Assembly (NCBI GenBank): GCA_000165425.1
Contig: CT868296.1
Location: 372,001 to 436,000, forward strand
Length of the DNA stretch: 64,000 bases
Reading direction: 5' to 3'
From: Paramecium tetraurelia
Lineage: Eukaryota
Position 1 is the first letter of the stretch. Every line of letters begins with the position of its first letter. Positions 1-14,689 of the stretch are shown piece after piece. The position numbers and the translations under genes are program-made. Under the pieces are notes generated by a model. The model was not told the origin of the DNA. It did no database searches and was given only the letters and a program-made list of their open reading frames with translations.

Positions 1-434
1 ATAACTCTTACAATTAACTTTTAGATAATTAGATCTAGTAAAGATGCTGTGTTTCTAAATCTTCAATCTTTAATCCATAGTGGAGTTCTATTTAACTTAT
101 TTTTGAATGGCATTCTTAAATTTATTATGTTTTCAATTTAATTGAGATATTTTGTTTCTCAATCTCTTAAATAAGTGCGCCTATTTACTTTTGTTTATTT
201 TAATATTTCTACTTAATCTGCATTACTTATATTAGGTGAACCATTAAATCCAAGCTTGTTATCAATACTCAAGTCATTTAGACTACGAATAGGTGAAATA
301 GACTAAGAATGATGAGAACTGAATTATTTGAGAGCCTGCTATAAATATCCAGTTTCATATTAATTAAATTGTTCTATTTTAGTTGCCCAATTAGATCTAT
401 TGTTTTATAATAGATCAATAATTTACTTAGACAT
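1..434 (-). CDS. Hypothetical coiled-coil protein, 3' end runs off the window
   Basis: ATG at 434 gives MSKQIIDLLQNNRSNWATKIEQF in the ciliate code. A 25-nt GTAG...AAG intron restores a TGA-free frame to the window edge (QIGALIQEIEKQNISIKLK). Confidence 0.7.
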
Positions 435-809
435 TATTTTACAATTTAATTCTAATTTATATATATAAATGTGTAAACCTAAAGAGTTATCTTAAATATT
501 TATGTCAAGAAAAGGGGTGTAAATCATTCATAATAGATGAGTATTTTTAATATACTCGAAGATATTTAGGGAATCGAAAGTTAGTATGAATTTAATTTTA
601 AATTATAAATTTTGCATTATTTAAATGGGAAATAAAATCATTTTCCGAGTTGATGGTTTAGTACATTTTAGTTTATCTTTAAAATCTGGATAGTTTTGTA
701 CAATCTGACTAAGAATGAATAGAATTAGTAATTAAAATTTTATGAATAGTGAATATTTTGAATGTTTGAAAAATTTCAATATAAAAACGATATATTTAAT
801 AAAATCTTG

Positions 810-2420
810 ATGAGATAATGCTTTCCATTTCTAAACAAATGCCACTACAAGTATAGATGGGGTGTGCTTGGATTTTGTATCTGGCTTGTTTTGGGAGCAT
901 TTTATTGTTTTGATATTCCAACTTCTTTGCACAACACATTATAGGGACATTTTTCTGATATTATGACACCTGAAGCATTTGAGCTATATTATGGAGGGTT
1001 GTATAGTTTATATTCATTTGCAAATATTTTTCTTCCATTTATTAGCGGAAGTATGATATAATTTTTATTCAGAAATTAGGGATTAAAAGGGTGATAGAAT
1101 AGTGTTGATTCTTATGGTGGTTTTAGTAATGATAGGGCAATTAATCTTTGTCTATGGAGTCCACCTAAAAAGCTTCATGGTTATGTATTTGGGTAGAATC
1201 ATATCAGGTTGGGGCATAGAATCAGTTGTTCCTACACAAACCTCTTTCATTTCTCCATATTTTAAAGATGACTTTTTGGTATTCTCCATAATAAATCATA
1301 GGGTTTTGCAGTTGGCTTGAATGAATTTTTTGCAACTTTAGGGTCTATATTAACAATGTATTTATGCCCTAAATTGGCTTTAGAATATGGTTTATTGATA
1401 GCAGTATCTAGCGGAATATTTTTTAATTCATTTAGCCTTATTTGTGGAGTAATCACTGTGATATTAGATAAACATGCAGAAAAACACCTTTTGGAATTAG
1501 TGAATTATGATTAAGTCAAATATTCTGTTTTGCGATCATCAGAAAATCGTAGTCCCAGATAAAGTGGTGGGAACAATGCCAATGGAGTTGAGATAAATTA
1601 TAATAAGAATGTTGGAGAAGATGTAATAGAAGTAGACGAGATTTAATCAGAAAAGCAAAATGGAGAAGATGGCTAGATTCTATCTTAACCAGATGCTGTA
1701 TAGGCTATTGAAACGTTTCCCAAAATATTTTGGCTTGTTAGCTGGTGCTATGCATTAATTTATAGTTCAGTATTAGGATTCATTAATATTTCAGTTGGAT
1801 TACTATCTGAGAGATGGTTTGGAGTGACTGAAGAATCAGAGATTGAAGCAGGATTTGTAGTCTCAATTATGTGGTTCATAACTGGACTCTTTACACCATT
1901 ATTTGGTAGCTATACAGATAAATATGGTTAAAGATCCTCATTAGTAAATTTATGTTATTTATATATAGCTAATATTTGCAACTGTGTTATGTACTTTTTC
2001 TCACTTGATGATATGGTATGTCTTTCCATTCTTATCTCTGATCTTGCTTGGAACTTCATTGGCTCTAGCATTTGCTTCTGCTTGGACTGGAATTGTGTTT
2101 TTGGTTAGACCTGACACTTTGGGTAAGGCATATGCTTTGGTTATTGCTGTATATAACTTCACATTCACTCTTGTGCCTCTAGCCGTTGGTGCTTTAAGAG
2201 CGTATGTATATTTAATATTTTTAGATATTATGGGACATATTTTTATTCATAAATTATGTTATCTGTTTTAGGAGCCATTGCTTTTGTGCTTTCTATAATA
2301 ATTTATTAACTAGATCACAGTTAAGAAAATATTCTTGATGGAAATGGACAATATGCAGTTAGTGCAACTAGTTTGGAAAAGAACTTTCCAAATGAAACTG
2401 CACATCTAAAAGAGGATTGA
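810..2420 (+). CDS. MFS transporter, MFSD1-like
   Basis: MRQCFPFLNKCHYKYRWGVLGFCIWLVLGAFYCFDIP...LYSLYSFANIFLPFISG, MYLGRIISGWGIES, many hydrophobic segments and several tiny introns. TGA at 2418-2420. Confidence 0.85.
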
Positions 2421-2518
2421 TTTACATTTATGATTAAGTTTTCAGTAGAAATAGTTTATTATAAATAAATAACAAATGTTATTCAATCAAAAATTTCCTA
2501 TAATTTTTAGTGTTAAAT

Positions 2519-4545
2519 TCAATCTATTTTTAAACTTCTTCTAAATGCCAAACATCTTTCCATTTGATCCTAAAGTTTTTATCCTCCGCATTCCATCACT
2601 GCATTTATCATATCAGCAATATTCTATTTGCCATTCAGAACAGCCTTCTCCAATTATATGATTTAATGCTCTAATGAACTACATCTCTGATCACTCAGTT
2701 TGACAATCCTCTATTATATTATTAAGGATTCTTACTTTTGTTATTTCTAACTCCTTCTGATAGCTCTCCAGTCTAATTTAGTCTTTCTTGGAATTCAGTA
2801 CTTATAATTACATTAAATCTATACTTAATTATTGATTCTCTTTTAAAGTAATTTATAATTCACTGGAATATTCCTAGATCAACCTTTGTAATTCTGATTC
2901 TGACAATTGGTTTAATCTAAAAAGTTAATTTTATATTACTTCTACTTTCCTTCATTCTTTAACAAATTATCAATCTGTAATTTAGAATTCCTTGTCCTTG
3001 CTTTCTCATCATTGGTTTGCTGGATAGTCTCCGCACAGACATTTGATTTATACTATAGTTTATCTTTGTTTGGTTTAAATTCATCCTTTTGAAGACAAAT
3101 ATAACATTATTGATTTATTTATGAATCCTTTTGAGATTAAATATAGTTTTAAAGTTAAATTTTTTCATTTTATAATTCAAGAGCTGTGTTTTTACTTTTA
3201 GTTAATTCTTCATTCAATTTAGATATTTCATGAGTATATTTTTTTTTTTATTAATCCTTCTCCTCTTTTAAAATATCATTTTCTCTTAAGAGAATCTCAA
3301 TTTCTTTTTTTAGTATTTCTGTCTCCTTTTTAATCTATTAAAATTCCTTAGTATTTTTATCAGCTAAATTATTTAATTCATTAATAAATGAGTTATTAAA
3401 ATTACTATTTAAATTTTGAATCTAAATTCTTTTGTAATCTGATTGAAGAGCAGTATATGTTTCTGATAATAAATTAAAAGCAGCTTCTGACTTTCTAATC
3501 TATTCTTGCAACTTTTCATTCTATTGTTTCATTAATTTATTCTAATGTTTTAAAACCTAATTCTAAATTTACAAGAAATTATCTTCCTATTCTCCAATCT
3601 CCAATTACCTACAAGATGTCAATAAAGATTGCTCATTTTAAGTTGGTCTTGAATTGAAATTATCAAATTATTCTATTTTTTTAGGATTAGCCTTAGGTTT
3701 AGTTGATCCTCTCAGGATCTCTTCATTATTCTATACATTTTTAGTCTTATTCTTGCCTGGCACCACAAATTTATTCTCTCTCAAAGCCGTTGGATAATCC
3801 TAATCTGATTTTTCTTCCTTAGATTTTTACTATGACAAACAAACTTTCTAAACTCTTACAGTTTATACTCGTCTGACATTGGTATCAGTCTCAATTAGCT
3901 TATCGATTTCAGAGTACTTAGAATGACTTTCAAAATTGCTTGGCTATTCTTAATATTTTTTTAAAGTGTCTTCTCTGTGATGATTTTAATTTTCTCCTCT
4001 TTATTCTATTGGGGAATGTTGACATTCCCTCTTTTGCCTGAACCAGTCATCACTTTTTTGTATTTCTGTATTCATTATACTAAATTTCTTAAAAATTAAT
4101 TACCTCAGATTGTTTCCAAGTCTTTTATTTTCACTTTAATTTAATTAGTTCCATGCCAATCCCACTTAAATATAAGCGTCCTAATCATATCTATTATGAA
4201 TAGGAATTTTATCAATAACCAATGGTAAATTATTTTCAATGTAAAAACCTAAATTCAGTATTGCTTCACCATAGCATATTTTGCAATCTTGGACCATTAT
4301 TTTTAACTAAATTAGATTTATTAATTTACATATCGGTTTTCCGTATAATAAAAATCAAATTCAACAACTTCATTAATATCTTAAACATTAGCACATTGAC
4401 TCAATATTTTAGACATCAAAATTTTCGATTCATTTTCTAAATATTTGAATTGTAATTTACCATCAAGAATGATTATTTTGCATTATTCTGAATATTTTTC
4501 TATTTAGAACTGCAAAGATTATACTTCGATTTCTAGATGAAGCAT
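2519..4545 (-). CDS. Protein with N-terminal C2-like (NT-C2) domain and long C-terminal coiled coil
   Basis: MLHLEIEVQSLQF...CYGEAILNLGFYIENNLPLVIDKIPIHNRYDQDAYIQVGLAW, then a K/E/Q-rich coil ending ...MERCLAFRRSLKID-TGA. Tiny introns. The C2 call is by resemblance only. Confidence 0.65.
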
Positions 4546-5285
4546 CGGCTGTAATAAATTATTATTATTATTTATAAAATTATTACCTTAATACCTTCTC
4601 ATTATAGAAACTAGTCGTATAAGTGAATTATTCAATCATTTCTCTGATATTTCAAACTTTTATTTTAAATCTCCATTCTGTTACTTTAATCCCATCTACT
4701 AAATTAGCCTATTCGATTCCTTATTAGCAATATTAATATTTTCTTTCAAAGCATTATATTATCATTTTATGACTTTCATAACCTCAAATTTTCTGTAATT
4801 CTCACTTTATTACATAATGTTATGAGGTTTTATAAATTCTAAACTATCACCTTGCTAAAGGAATAAAGGAATAATTTAATAAGAATAATATTTCTTTTTT
4901 TGGAACATAAAAATCGGGTAAATTTATAATTTTTGATTTATTTTTAGAAATATTAAGATTTGTATCATCGAAAATATTTTCATAAATGGTATACCATTAT
5001 TTAACATTAAATTCGCTTCTTATTAAATTATTCAACCTTAGAGAAATTAAGAATTTAATTATATTATTGTAAGAGTTTAAATTATTCGTGGTTCTTTCAT
5101 TAAGCTCATATAAATGTTAAAATAATTATCTGTTCTGTTTCTCAAAGTTGTGGAAAAAATCTGAAATTTTGTCAAAGAATAATTTGTATAATATAGAAAC
5201 AAAAATGAGAATATGTAGAACCAGGATTTTAAGTTAAAGTATTATCGATTATAACCTATAATTAGATGTTTTGTAAAGTAAATGA

Positions 5286-7170
5286 TCAATCATCTAAATT
5301 TGGAAATTGCAATACTCCAGGATCTCTTACAATTGAATCTAATTTAATTTTTTTAACTTCGTTGATAATAGGGGTAACGTCTCTTGGCTTTTAATTTTTT
5401 GGGTATGTTTGTTTATTATAGAATTCAATAATTTCTTACTTCTTCAGTTATTTGGATTTGTTCAGGTTTCCCATAAGTTTTGCAAATAATGATGTTAATT
5501 ATTAGATCAGATCATCTCCAGTAGAGTCATTAAATTGTTTTTCAAATTATTTTTCATCGAAGTTTTGAGACTTCTTTAATAATTGATCTGCATATTCTGT
5601 AATTCTCTGAAGTGGCTTGATATACCTAACCATGTAGAAAACACATATAATAATGTAGAGGATAGGAATAGACAACGCAATAGGAATTAACTTTTTATTG
5701 AAGTTATCAACCTTCCTTTCATAGATATCTTTCTGAAGTTCAATTTCTTCATTAGGTAAGTAAGTTGGTTAATAACTATTTAGGTAAAATCAAAATTTAC
5801 ATTCCTAGAATAAGTCCTGAATAATTGATAAACGCAAATAGAAATTGCTAACCAGAGAGTTCTCCTTAATAAATAGCTATGTACGATTCAACCTTAGCTT
5901 AGCCTGTGAGATATTTTGAAACATTAATTTTCCTCAATTTAGAATCATCATCTGAATTCATAGTCATAATGAGTTGTTAGAGTTCCTCAATATCTATCTT
6001 ATATTCTTGCTCTTAATAATCAATTATATGGTTATCGCCTGTTAACAAAAACAAAGTGTAATTATATTGACTGTTTGTTGCTATTGAATAAAATAGCATA
6101 TATAATATAAATGGCTACCTTTCACAAAAGATTAAACCAATTTTTGTATTATTAGCATCTGTAATTGGTAAAACTTCTCTTTACAATATTACTTACAAAA
6201 ATGGATCATAAGTATGTTCTAGAGGAATTTGGAAGGCATACCTTCTATCTCTATACATTTTCAATCGGTATTTGTTAAATAATTCTAGGTCAGTAACATT
6301 AATTCCTGGATATTACATCATGAAACCATCATCAAAAATCCAATAAAAGAAAGACCCCATAGATTAATAATTAAAATACATTATGTTATTAATTGATAGA
6401 TAATTTCTGATTCTTTTTTCAGGAATTGAATCATCAAATAGTAGAGAATAAGTAGCAAAATTGAAAGTATATTGATCTACAATACTTGTATCAGGAATAT
6501 ACTATTTCGTTGAATTTGGAAGTTTATCATCCATTTTGTAAAGGACTCCATTATATCTTAACGATTCCAATTAAATTAGATTTTAAGTAACATTAATTAA
6601 TTGTATTTCATTTTCCCTAGTATTTATCAATAGTTAAACGAAGTCTATTGTAATCTCACAAATTTGTTTCTGTAGTAGTTCTGAGACATTGTTCTTAGTC
6701 CATGATTATACAGTATCAAACAGTATATTCTATCCTATGAATTAAACTCCGATAAATAAGGATAAAGAAGTGATAGCAATGATGATTTGAGCTATGGTAA
6801 CCTATATTTTCAGTGTCCAATTGCAAGATATTGGCAAGAAAAATATTGATCCAATTTTTTCATTTATAAATAAATCTCCATGGCCAAATCCAATGTAAGC
6901 TTTAATTTTTTCCAAACAAGTTTCTTTTATCTAATATATAGTCTTATTGATTACATCCTTTTTCTTAGTCTCATCTTTTATAATTTATTATTCTGGAAAA
7001 GTTGGTGTTTAAGACTCTTTTGGGTTCATTTCTTATTCTTCTTCATTGTCAATTTAATCATTTGAATCATCTTCATCGTTTGAGATGTCACTTTGAAATT
7101 ATTCCTACTCGTTTCTTTCAGAGAGAATTGCCTCATCCTATCCATTTGAAAAAAGAATATTATTTTGCAT
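5286..7170 (-). CDS. Two-TM membrane protein with Cache-like extracellular region and HAMP-like linker
   Basis: ATG 7170, acidic N-terminus, TM1 (VTIAQIIIAITSLSLFIGV), extracellular ...DDGFMMQYPG..., TM2 (LIPIALSIPISTLLYVFYMV), then YIKPLQRITEYADQL. Ends ...NLDD-TGA. Confidence 0.7.
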
Positions 7171-7564
7171 ATAAATTAGAATATTATACAATTCAAGATT
7201 GTTTTTATTAATATAATAAGAAAATCAAAAAATAAGAATGTAAATAATTTGTAGTTACATATCAGAGTAACATTTTTTTCGAATTTAATAATACATCTAA
7301 ATAAACATTTCCTAATGAAAATTTAATTCCGTATAATAATTCAACAATTAATTCTTATTTATGATAACAAATATAATAAGAATATCTTAATTAATAATAT
7401 ATCTATACATTCTATCAAATTAACAACTAAAATTTTTGGGAATAATTAAATATATACAAAACACCTAACAATACAGATAATATATATAGATTTTTCTTCC
7501 CTTATATTTGTAAATGAAAATAAGGATTATAATCATTAAAATTATAGATTGGAACATCAAATTA

Positions 7565-8203
7565 TCATTTCTTTTTTTTTTGAATTCCAAATTTTTTTAT
7601 CCATTCTAATGGGAGATTTAACACTATTTTTTGTGAATCATCCACCTCAGATGTATATTATTTTATTCTTTCTTCAAATATTCGTATATCTTCATTCTCC
7701 ATAGAACAAACCTTATTTTATTTTGTCTAATTTTTTGAATCTGAAATTTATTATGGTTTTTTTTCAACTTCAGATTTTGGTTGAGATTTTTTGTTTTAGG
7801 GCTTTTGCTTTTTCTTTTTTTTGGGTTCAGTTAAAGTTGGACTGCTTGTCGAAGTGGACTGAGTTGAACTAACAAGTCGAAAATTGGTTTCATTATTAAT
7901 AAATAATTTTGAATCCTATTTGAGAACCATATTTACTTATGAACAATTAGTGTTTATCTCAAGGATTTGTTTGAAGGAGTTCTTATCAAAATCCTTGTTT
8001 GAAATCTAAGACATTAACCGAATTATTTAATTATCATTATCACTACTATCACTAAAATCATAAAAACCTTGAAATTTACAGATAACATTTTATGTGTTAT
8101 TGCCTATCCATGAAATATTCAATAATTACAAGTCTAAAAGATAACATTATCGTCTTTAATTGATATAACCAAGTCTTTTTTTGGTTTATTTTTGCAAAAG
8201 CAT
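7565..8203 (-). CDS. Hypothetical protein
   Basis: 213-codon TGA-free frame MLLQKQTKKRLGYINQ...IVLNLPLEWIKKFGIQKKK-TGA, with a Lys-rich middle. Confidence 0.65.
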
Positions 8204-8388
8204 TTCATATTTTATTTAATTAAAATAATTATAAAGCACTAAAATTAACTTAATATTTTAAATCCCATGAATTCATATATATATTGTTTTTCTTTCCTAA
8301 TTTGAAAAGTCTACATTGCAATAAGTATATAAAATTCAAAGTTAATTATTATTTTTTTAGTTTAATATTAAATTTTACTCAATTCAAA

Positions 8389-9555
8389 ATGGGCAATTCC
8401 TGTACATGCTAATGTTAAACTAAAGCAATTGAAGAAAACGAACTCAATACAAATTAAAAGCAAGCAGCTTAATCAAAGTTAACACCTAAACCTGATACTG
8501 CTTAAAATTAAGATCCTGATGTATAAAATGGAAATAAATTAATAGGGTAAAGAGAAGATTAGCAATCAATTAAAGGATGAAGATGTTGCTCAGATGGCAG
8601 GAGCTCGAAACAATTCTAATGAAGATAGTTCTTCTCCAAAACTAATGAAAAGAGAAAATGGTAATATTTATTCAGAAGTATAGATGATAACAAACCGGAA
8701 GAGCAATATATTGCGTAAGTTTAATCTACTAAAAATAAAACAACAAGAACTAAGTTGGGAGCTATTGAAATGAAAAATGGGGGTGTTTATGATGGAGAAT
8801 GGAAAAATGCTATGAGGGATGGCTCAGGAAAATATGTATGGCCAGATAGAAGTTTTTATGAAGGAGAATGGGTCGAAGACAAAGCAAATGGATTTGGGAA
8901 GTTAGGTATTTCTTGAGTCATTCTTATTCAGTTCACGTTGATGGTGATATTTATGAAGGGCAGTGGTTAGATGATATGGCCAACGGTAGAGGGGTTTATA
9001 TACATAGTGGTATTAATTATAACTACTTTCAAGGAGGAGCTCGATATGAAGGAGAGTGGAAAAATGATCTCCAACATGGATAAGGAGTTGAGGTTTGGCC
9101 TGATGGAGCCAAATATGAAGTAAACTATCATTCTCGATATATGTTAGGGTAGATATGAAAATGGTAAAAAGCACGGACAAGGAACTTTGACTTTTGCTGA
9201 TGGCAGTTATTATAAAGGAGATTTTGTTGAAAATGATATAACAGGATATGGAGAATACTTCTGGAAAGATGGAAAGTCGTATAAAGGACAATGGAATAAT
9301 AGTAAAATGAATGGAAAAGGAGTGACTTAATGGGCTGATGGCAAGAAATATGAAGGAGATTATAAGGATGATAAGAAACATGGATTTGGCATCTTTTAAT
9401 GGGAAAATGGTAGAAAATATGAAGGAAATTGGATTAATGGAAAATAACATGGAAAAGGCATGATTACACTTCCTAATGGAGAAAGAAAAGAAGGAATTTG
9501 GGAAAATGGAAAAAGAATTAAGTGGTTAAATGCTGATGAATCACCAAATGGTTGA
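8389..9555 (+). CDS. MORN-repeat protein with N-terminal acylation motif
   Basis: MGNSCTC start; repeated YxGEW/F...xHGxGxxxWxDG units; several tiny introns; TGA at 9553-9555. Confidence 0.92.
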
Positions 9556-10322
9556 TATATAATTCTTAGTACTTAAATAATATCTACTTATGTTAACATA
9601 ACTTTTCAAATTTGTTATTGAATCTCAAATACACTTTATTATTATTTTTTTAAATGCTTATTAAAATATTTTTAATTAACAAACCCTAAATAGGGCAAAA
9701 ACAACTTTTTGTTTTTAGATTTTCACTGGTATAATAATTTTCTTCTTTAATTTTGATAAAGTTGTTGAAATTCAAGATATTTATCCATCAGGAATACTTT
9801 CTTAGAAATAAATCTGGAATCAAAGAGCCTGAAAAGGAATATGAATAAAATTAAATAATCTATATAAGTTGCCATCCTAGTATTTTATTATTATATTAAT
9901 TCGAAATTATTGTTCTATTATTAAATCATATTTTTTGCTGGCTATCATTAATAAAATCTTAAGTAGTTTATAGGTTGTATACCAATAATACTATTTTTTA
10001 ATAGTTTTTGTCATAATATAATCATATTAGCTTAATCTTCAATCTCAAAATTAACTAATTATCTTCATGTATACTATTTTTAATTTATATTATAAATGTT
10101 ACTAAGTTTTTAAGTTATTTTTAGAAGAATAAATAGCATAATTATTATTAAATTACAATAAAATAATTTCAATACCACTCAGATAAAAACTTAAATTTTA
10201 TAATGTATCCTTTTTATCTTTATTATAATGGAAAATCAATTTAATTAATAAAAAAAGGAAATAAAAAAAGTAAATTTGAATCTCACATTTCTACTAACTT
10301 AATAAGGTTTTTACAAGAATTA

Positions 10323-13319
10323 TCATAAAACCAAATAATAAATTACGTATAAACTATGCTGAATATTTAATTGGGTTAAATGTAATAAATGATACAGTTA
10401 AATATAAAAAATATTCATTTAAAGATTAAATATTTTTTAATAATTAAGAGTTTGAGGTTAGTATTCTAATATTATTTAATTTCTAAAGGAGTTACTTGGA
10501 TACTTTATAAATTTGATGATACCGACCTTTTAATTTTATTGGATTTAAATTCTATTGAGGTTTATTTTCTGAGTAGAAATTTTTCTATTTAGGAGCGTGA
10601 AGTTGATCTCTTAATTCTAAGTTTAAATAGATGTCAAAATAAATACAATAATTATTTTTGTGTTTGTATATCTAAAAGTCGTTTTCCTTTTCCACTTTTT
10701 TGCATTAATAAATTAGATGATGATTATGAACTGGAGGAATCCTCAGAAAAAATAATATGTTATATATCAGTTGAGAAAATCTTCTAAAAATCATATGATA
10801 ATTTTGATTATCGTGGAGGAGCAATCTATAATTGTTTATATTTCCTACCATTCAACAAATTTTATCTAAACTTATTAGCTATTTCTTCTTTTTCTTCTCT
10901 CATTTCTGATAGCCTCTATTCTGATTATTTGTTAATATCTGAAATTATTTTTGATGGATTGAACTCAGTATAAAATTCTAAATAATCCCTATGTTTATCA
11001 AGGCAAAAATTATTATCATCAATTTATGTGGATAGTTTTGAAGAATCAAAAACAGATTCATCTTGAATTTGGATATATTTTGTAGTTTTTACTATTTGTT
11101 TTAATTATTAGAATCTATATCTAAATTATGCATCAGCTTTTGAATAAATAATTTAAGAAGAAGATACCAAACATTTTTTAGATCTTCTCTTAAATTCCTT
11201 AACTCTATAGTTTTTTTATTTCAAATAATCTTCTATGACTTGCAATCTTCTAACTCTATAATGCACTATTGTACAATTTCTTGCTATATGATGCGGTCTA
11301 TCACAGATGTAACATCTCAATCTCAATGGCTTTAATGAATTGTCGACATCTACACAATTTTTAATATAGAAGAGCTTTTCTAAATCAGAATTTAAATCAT
11401 GTGCTTATTCCAACAAATCCTTTCTACTTAAACTCATTAAATTAACAAAATCAAGTGTTCTAGCACCAGCTGTCCTGGGACTTTTGCTGAAAAAACTAAT
11501 TTCCCCAAAATAATCTCCTTTACCCAATAACTTTAATTAAAATTCTCTTTTCGTAAGGCAAATCTCTACTTGACCATTTTAGATGAAATATAATAAATTA
11601 CTGTCCACTTAATTCTCTTTAAATACATACTCTTCAGGACCCAAGAGATGCTCTTTCAAGACATATATTAGTTTGTTTGTCAATTAATTGGAGAATTCTT
11701 TGCTGATCAAATTTACTTATAATAAAATTCTACCATGTAATAATGTTAAAACTTCAGTATGTAGATTTGATGATAAATTGTTTAATATTAACATCTAAGA
11801 GTTTTTAGCCACTTACGCAGATCCTTCTAACCATTCTAAATAGTTCTTCACTCTCATTTATAAATTTTTTGGTATGCTTTTCTATTTAATATACCTGACT
11901 AAATTATTGATGAATTTACTTCATTATTTTTTAATTCTATTCCTTTATTTCAGCAATATTCAAATCTTCTCCTTGAATAATATACTTCAAACTAGACATG
12001 CTATAGCCAAAAATCCCTGAGGAAAGAACCATAACAATAATTCCAAAAATCATCTCTGAATTTGTATTAGGACTGATATCTCCATAACCTAAGGTTATCA
12101 TAGTAGTTATGCTGAAATAGAATGCTGTTATATATTTAACTTCCCAAGGTGACCCATAGATTCCATATTGGGTCATCCAAGTTAGTTCTATTTGCTCATC
12201 CACGAATTCTATAATATTCCAAATGCAAGCTATCCAATGTGCAATACAGAGAATCATTGCAGCTATTTTGAAGAATTATATAATCGCTTAAAGTGTTTAT
12301 TCAATAGAGAAGGTCTCTATTATTAGTATTATTTAAATACCTTCTATTTTTATCAAAATTCTTCCCAATTTTAGTACTCTTAGAAGCCGAACAATTTTAA
12401 TAAATTTAAACAATCTAACAAACTTTAATATTTGTGTAGATTAATTACTATCATTTCCTATTAAGAGATCAAAAGGAAGAACTGCTATCACGTCTATCCA
12501 AAACCATAATTTTAAATAATTCAATGCTATATGTTTAAGGCGACACTCCAATTTTCCACTTATTATATAAGATTTTAGTTACTTTTCATAATATGCCAAT
12601 CGAAAATTAAGAGTTATATCTATAACAAAAAAGATATCCATTATATAATTCACAATTTCCATACCAACCTAACTCTCTATTGAAAATGATAATGCCATTG
12701 GAATGTATATCATCTATACAAAAATAAATAACATGCTTATTGATTCCCATATTATTCTAAAGGTAGAGGTCGGATTTGATACTTCCATTATTGTTTTTAT
12801 AAAAATTTAAAAAGCTTCCATTTTAGGCATTAACTATTGCTCTTCCTCATCTCTTTATTTCATACAATATAAATAGTCCCTTGCCTCTTTGTTAGTTTCA
12901 CCTAAAAGGCTGATTAATTTCCTCTAATTTACTCTATGATTGTAATCATAATCTTAGGATTTATCTAGTCAAATTTAATTAAGAAATACCTATGAATTGC
13001 ATAAATTGACTTTTAAGTTATAATAATATATGTATTGAATTTTTATATTGATAACATAAATAAAATAAATTAATCCATTAGAAAATTTTTATTTAATTTA
13101 ATTTATTCTTTATAATCATCCTAAATTAGATTTAACAGAATTAAATAAAGCTTATAAATAATATAATTTTTTGAATCCCATTTTTACTGGTTTCCCTAAT
13201 GATCTTTGTTATGAAACCTTTTACTGATGAGAATAAACCTTTTTTTGGTATTAAAGATACTTAATAAATACGTATGATTAACCAAAACCTATCATCTTTT
13301 ATAAGTAATATTGATACAT
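10323..13319 (-). CDS. Cyclic-nucleotide-binding-domain K+ channel (EAG/CNG-like)
   Basis: S1 PTSTFRIIWESISML, S4 IVRLLRVLKL, pore TMITLGYGDISP, CNBD YFGEISFFSKSPRTAGART and a CxxC...HxxxxC knuckle. Ends are uncertain: there is an alternative stop at 10634 if the last 30-nt intron is not spliced. Confidence 0.9.
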
Positions 13320-14034
13320 TTATGATTTTAATATTCGCCCTTATATTTAGTCTTATATCTTGAATATTGGCTTTTTAATCAATATTGATATTATATTCTC
13401 TTTCCTAATATATACATAAATAATTAAACAAAAAACAGTAGAAGGTTTGAAAATTTTTCATATGTTTTTGTAAGTAAAATATTGTAAAAAAAAATAAATC
13501 AATTTTGCTCTAACAATCTTATATATCAAGTTGCTACTTATTTTTTTCTACTAATTTTAGATTCTTAATAATTCTAGTAATAAAATATAATGAGATTTCA
13601 TCCATTTAATTATATTAGTAACAGCAAATAAAGTTTCTTCTTTGTCATTGAGCATAACAATTTAAAAATTAGAATGTATTCAATAAACATGATTATATAT
13701 AATAATAATTTATAAATCGTTTAGATATAAAAAATATCTTGAATTTCTTATTCTTTATTGAGAGATATTAAGTGATATATATATATATGTATAAATTTTC
13801 AAGAACCATTTTTTTTGAATATAAAATAATAAAATTTTATAATATTAGAATTCTTAAGCTTAAAAGAAACTTAATTTAGTGAATAAATTTATGTTTATTT
13901 CTAAAATAAGCTAACGAAATCTGAATTATTTATTTTTTCAGATTACCTAACATTGTTAAGAAATTCTAAGAATTGAAGTGAAATATTAGAATAGTATTAG
14001 AAATGGTGAATTATTGATGGGTGTAAAAATTTAA

Positions 14035-14581
14035 TCATTTTTTTTTATTTCCCTTTTATTCTTTTTCCTTCTCTTTTTGATTTTATTTTTATTTCTCTTT
14101 TTCCTTGGTTTCTTTTGTTTCTTTTTATTCCTTTTAATCTTTTTTTTAGTTTTTATTCTTTATTTATTATATTTTTTATTCATCTTCATCTTCACTTTCA
14201 TCATCGTCTTTAGATGCCTTTGTAACTTTCTTTGAACCTTTTTTGTGTTTTTTCTTTTCTTATTTTAATTCTTTTAAACTATTTTTCACTTTGTCTTCAT
14301 CCAATTTATATTTCTTCAACCAAGCCTCATAATCTTTTTTATATTAATTTTAAGCTTTATCCTTTTCGTTTTCATATTTCTTAATCGTAATTTAATAATA
14401 CCTCCTTTTTTTTTTTGTCTAAATCATTCCACATTGATGAAATAACTTATGTTAATTCGGTCATGCTTTTATCTTAATTTTTCTTTTTTACTTCATCGTA
14501 AACCTCTGCTCTGTATAACATATAAGCATTTTAGGGCTTTTTTGGCATATGTTACATGGCTTCATCTGGAATATAATCCAT
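14035..14581 (-). CDS. HMG-box protein with acidic patch and K/E/Q-rich tail
   Basis: MPKKPQNAYMLYRAEVYDEVKKKN...ELTQVISSMWNDL...KYENEKDKAQNQYKKDYEAW. One 22-nt intron. Tail KDDDESEDEDE...KEKEQKGKQKKK-TGA. Confidence 0.92.
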
Positions 14582-14689
14582 GAATTTTAAATTTAAATAT
14601 ATGTAATAAATAGCGCCGGTTCAAGATTTATTGTCTAATAATTAATGAGTTCGGAATTTATATAAATTTTAAATAATACAAAAATGCTA

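Noticed and set aside
4549..4860. Possible upstream exon of the C2-like gene via a 38-nt GTAA...CAG intron
   Set aside because: The intron is too long for this genome and the upstream frames contain TGA, so ATG 4545 is preferred.
4986..5285. 100-codon + strand ORF whose TGA abuts the stop of the convergent gene (TGATCA)
   Set aside because: No recognisable motif and I/L/N/K-biased; ORFs of this size are expected by chance when TGA is the only stop.
9600..10320. Long TGA-free frames in the MORN/K-channel spacer
   Set aside because: Extremely G-poor DNA makes TGA rare and there are no protein-like features; at most a decayed gene.
14040..14330. T-rich low-complexity tract resembling a microsatellite
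   Set aside because: It is the reverse complement of the K/E/Q-rich tail of the HMG protein.
14610..14660. GGTTCAAG resembling a tRNA T-loop or B-box
   Set aside because: No cloverleaf stems or A-box could be built around it.
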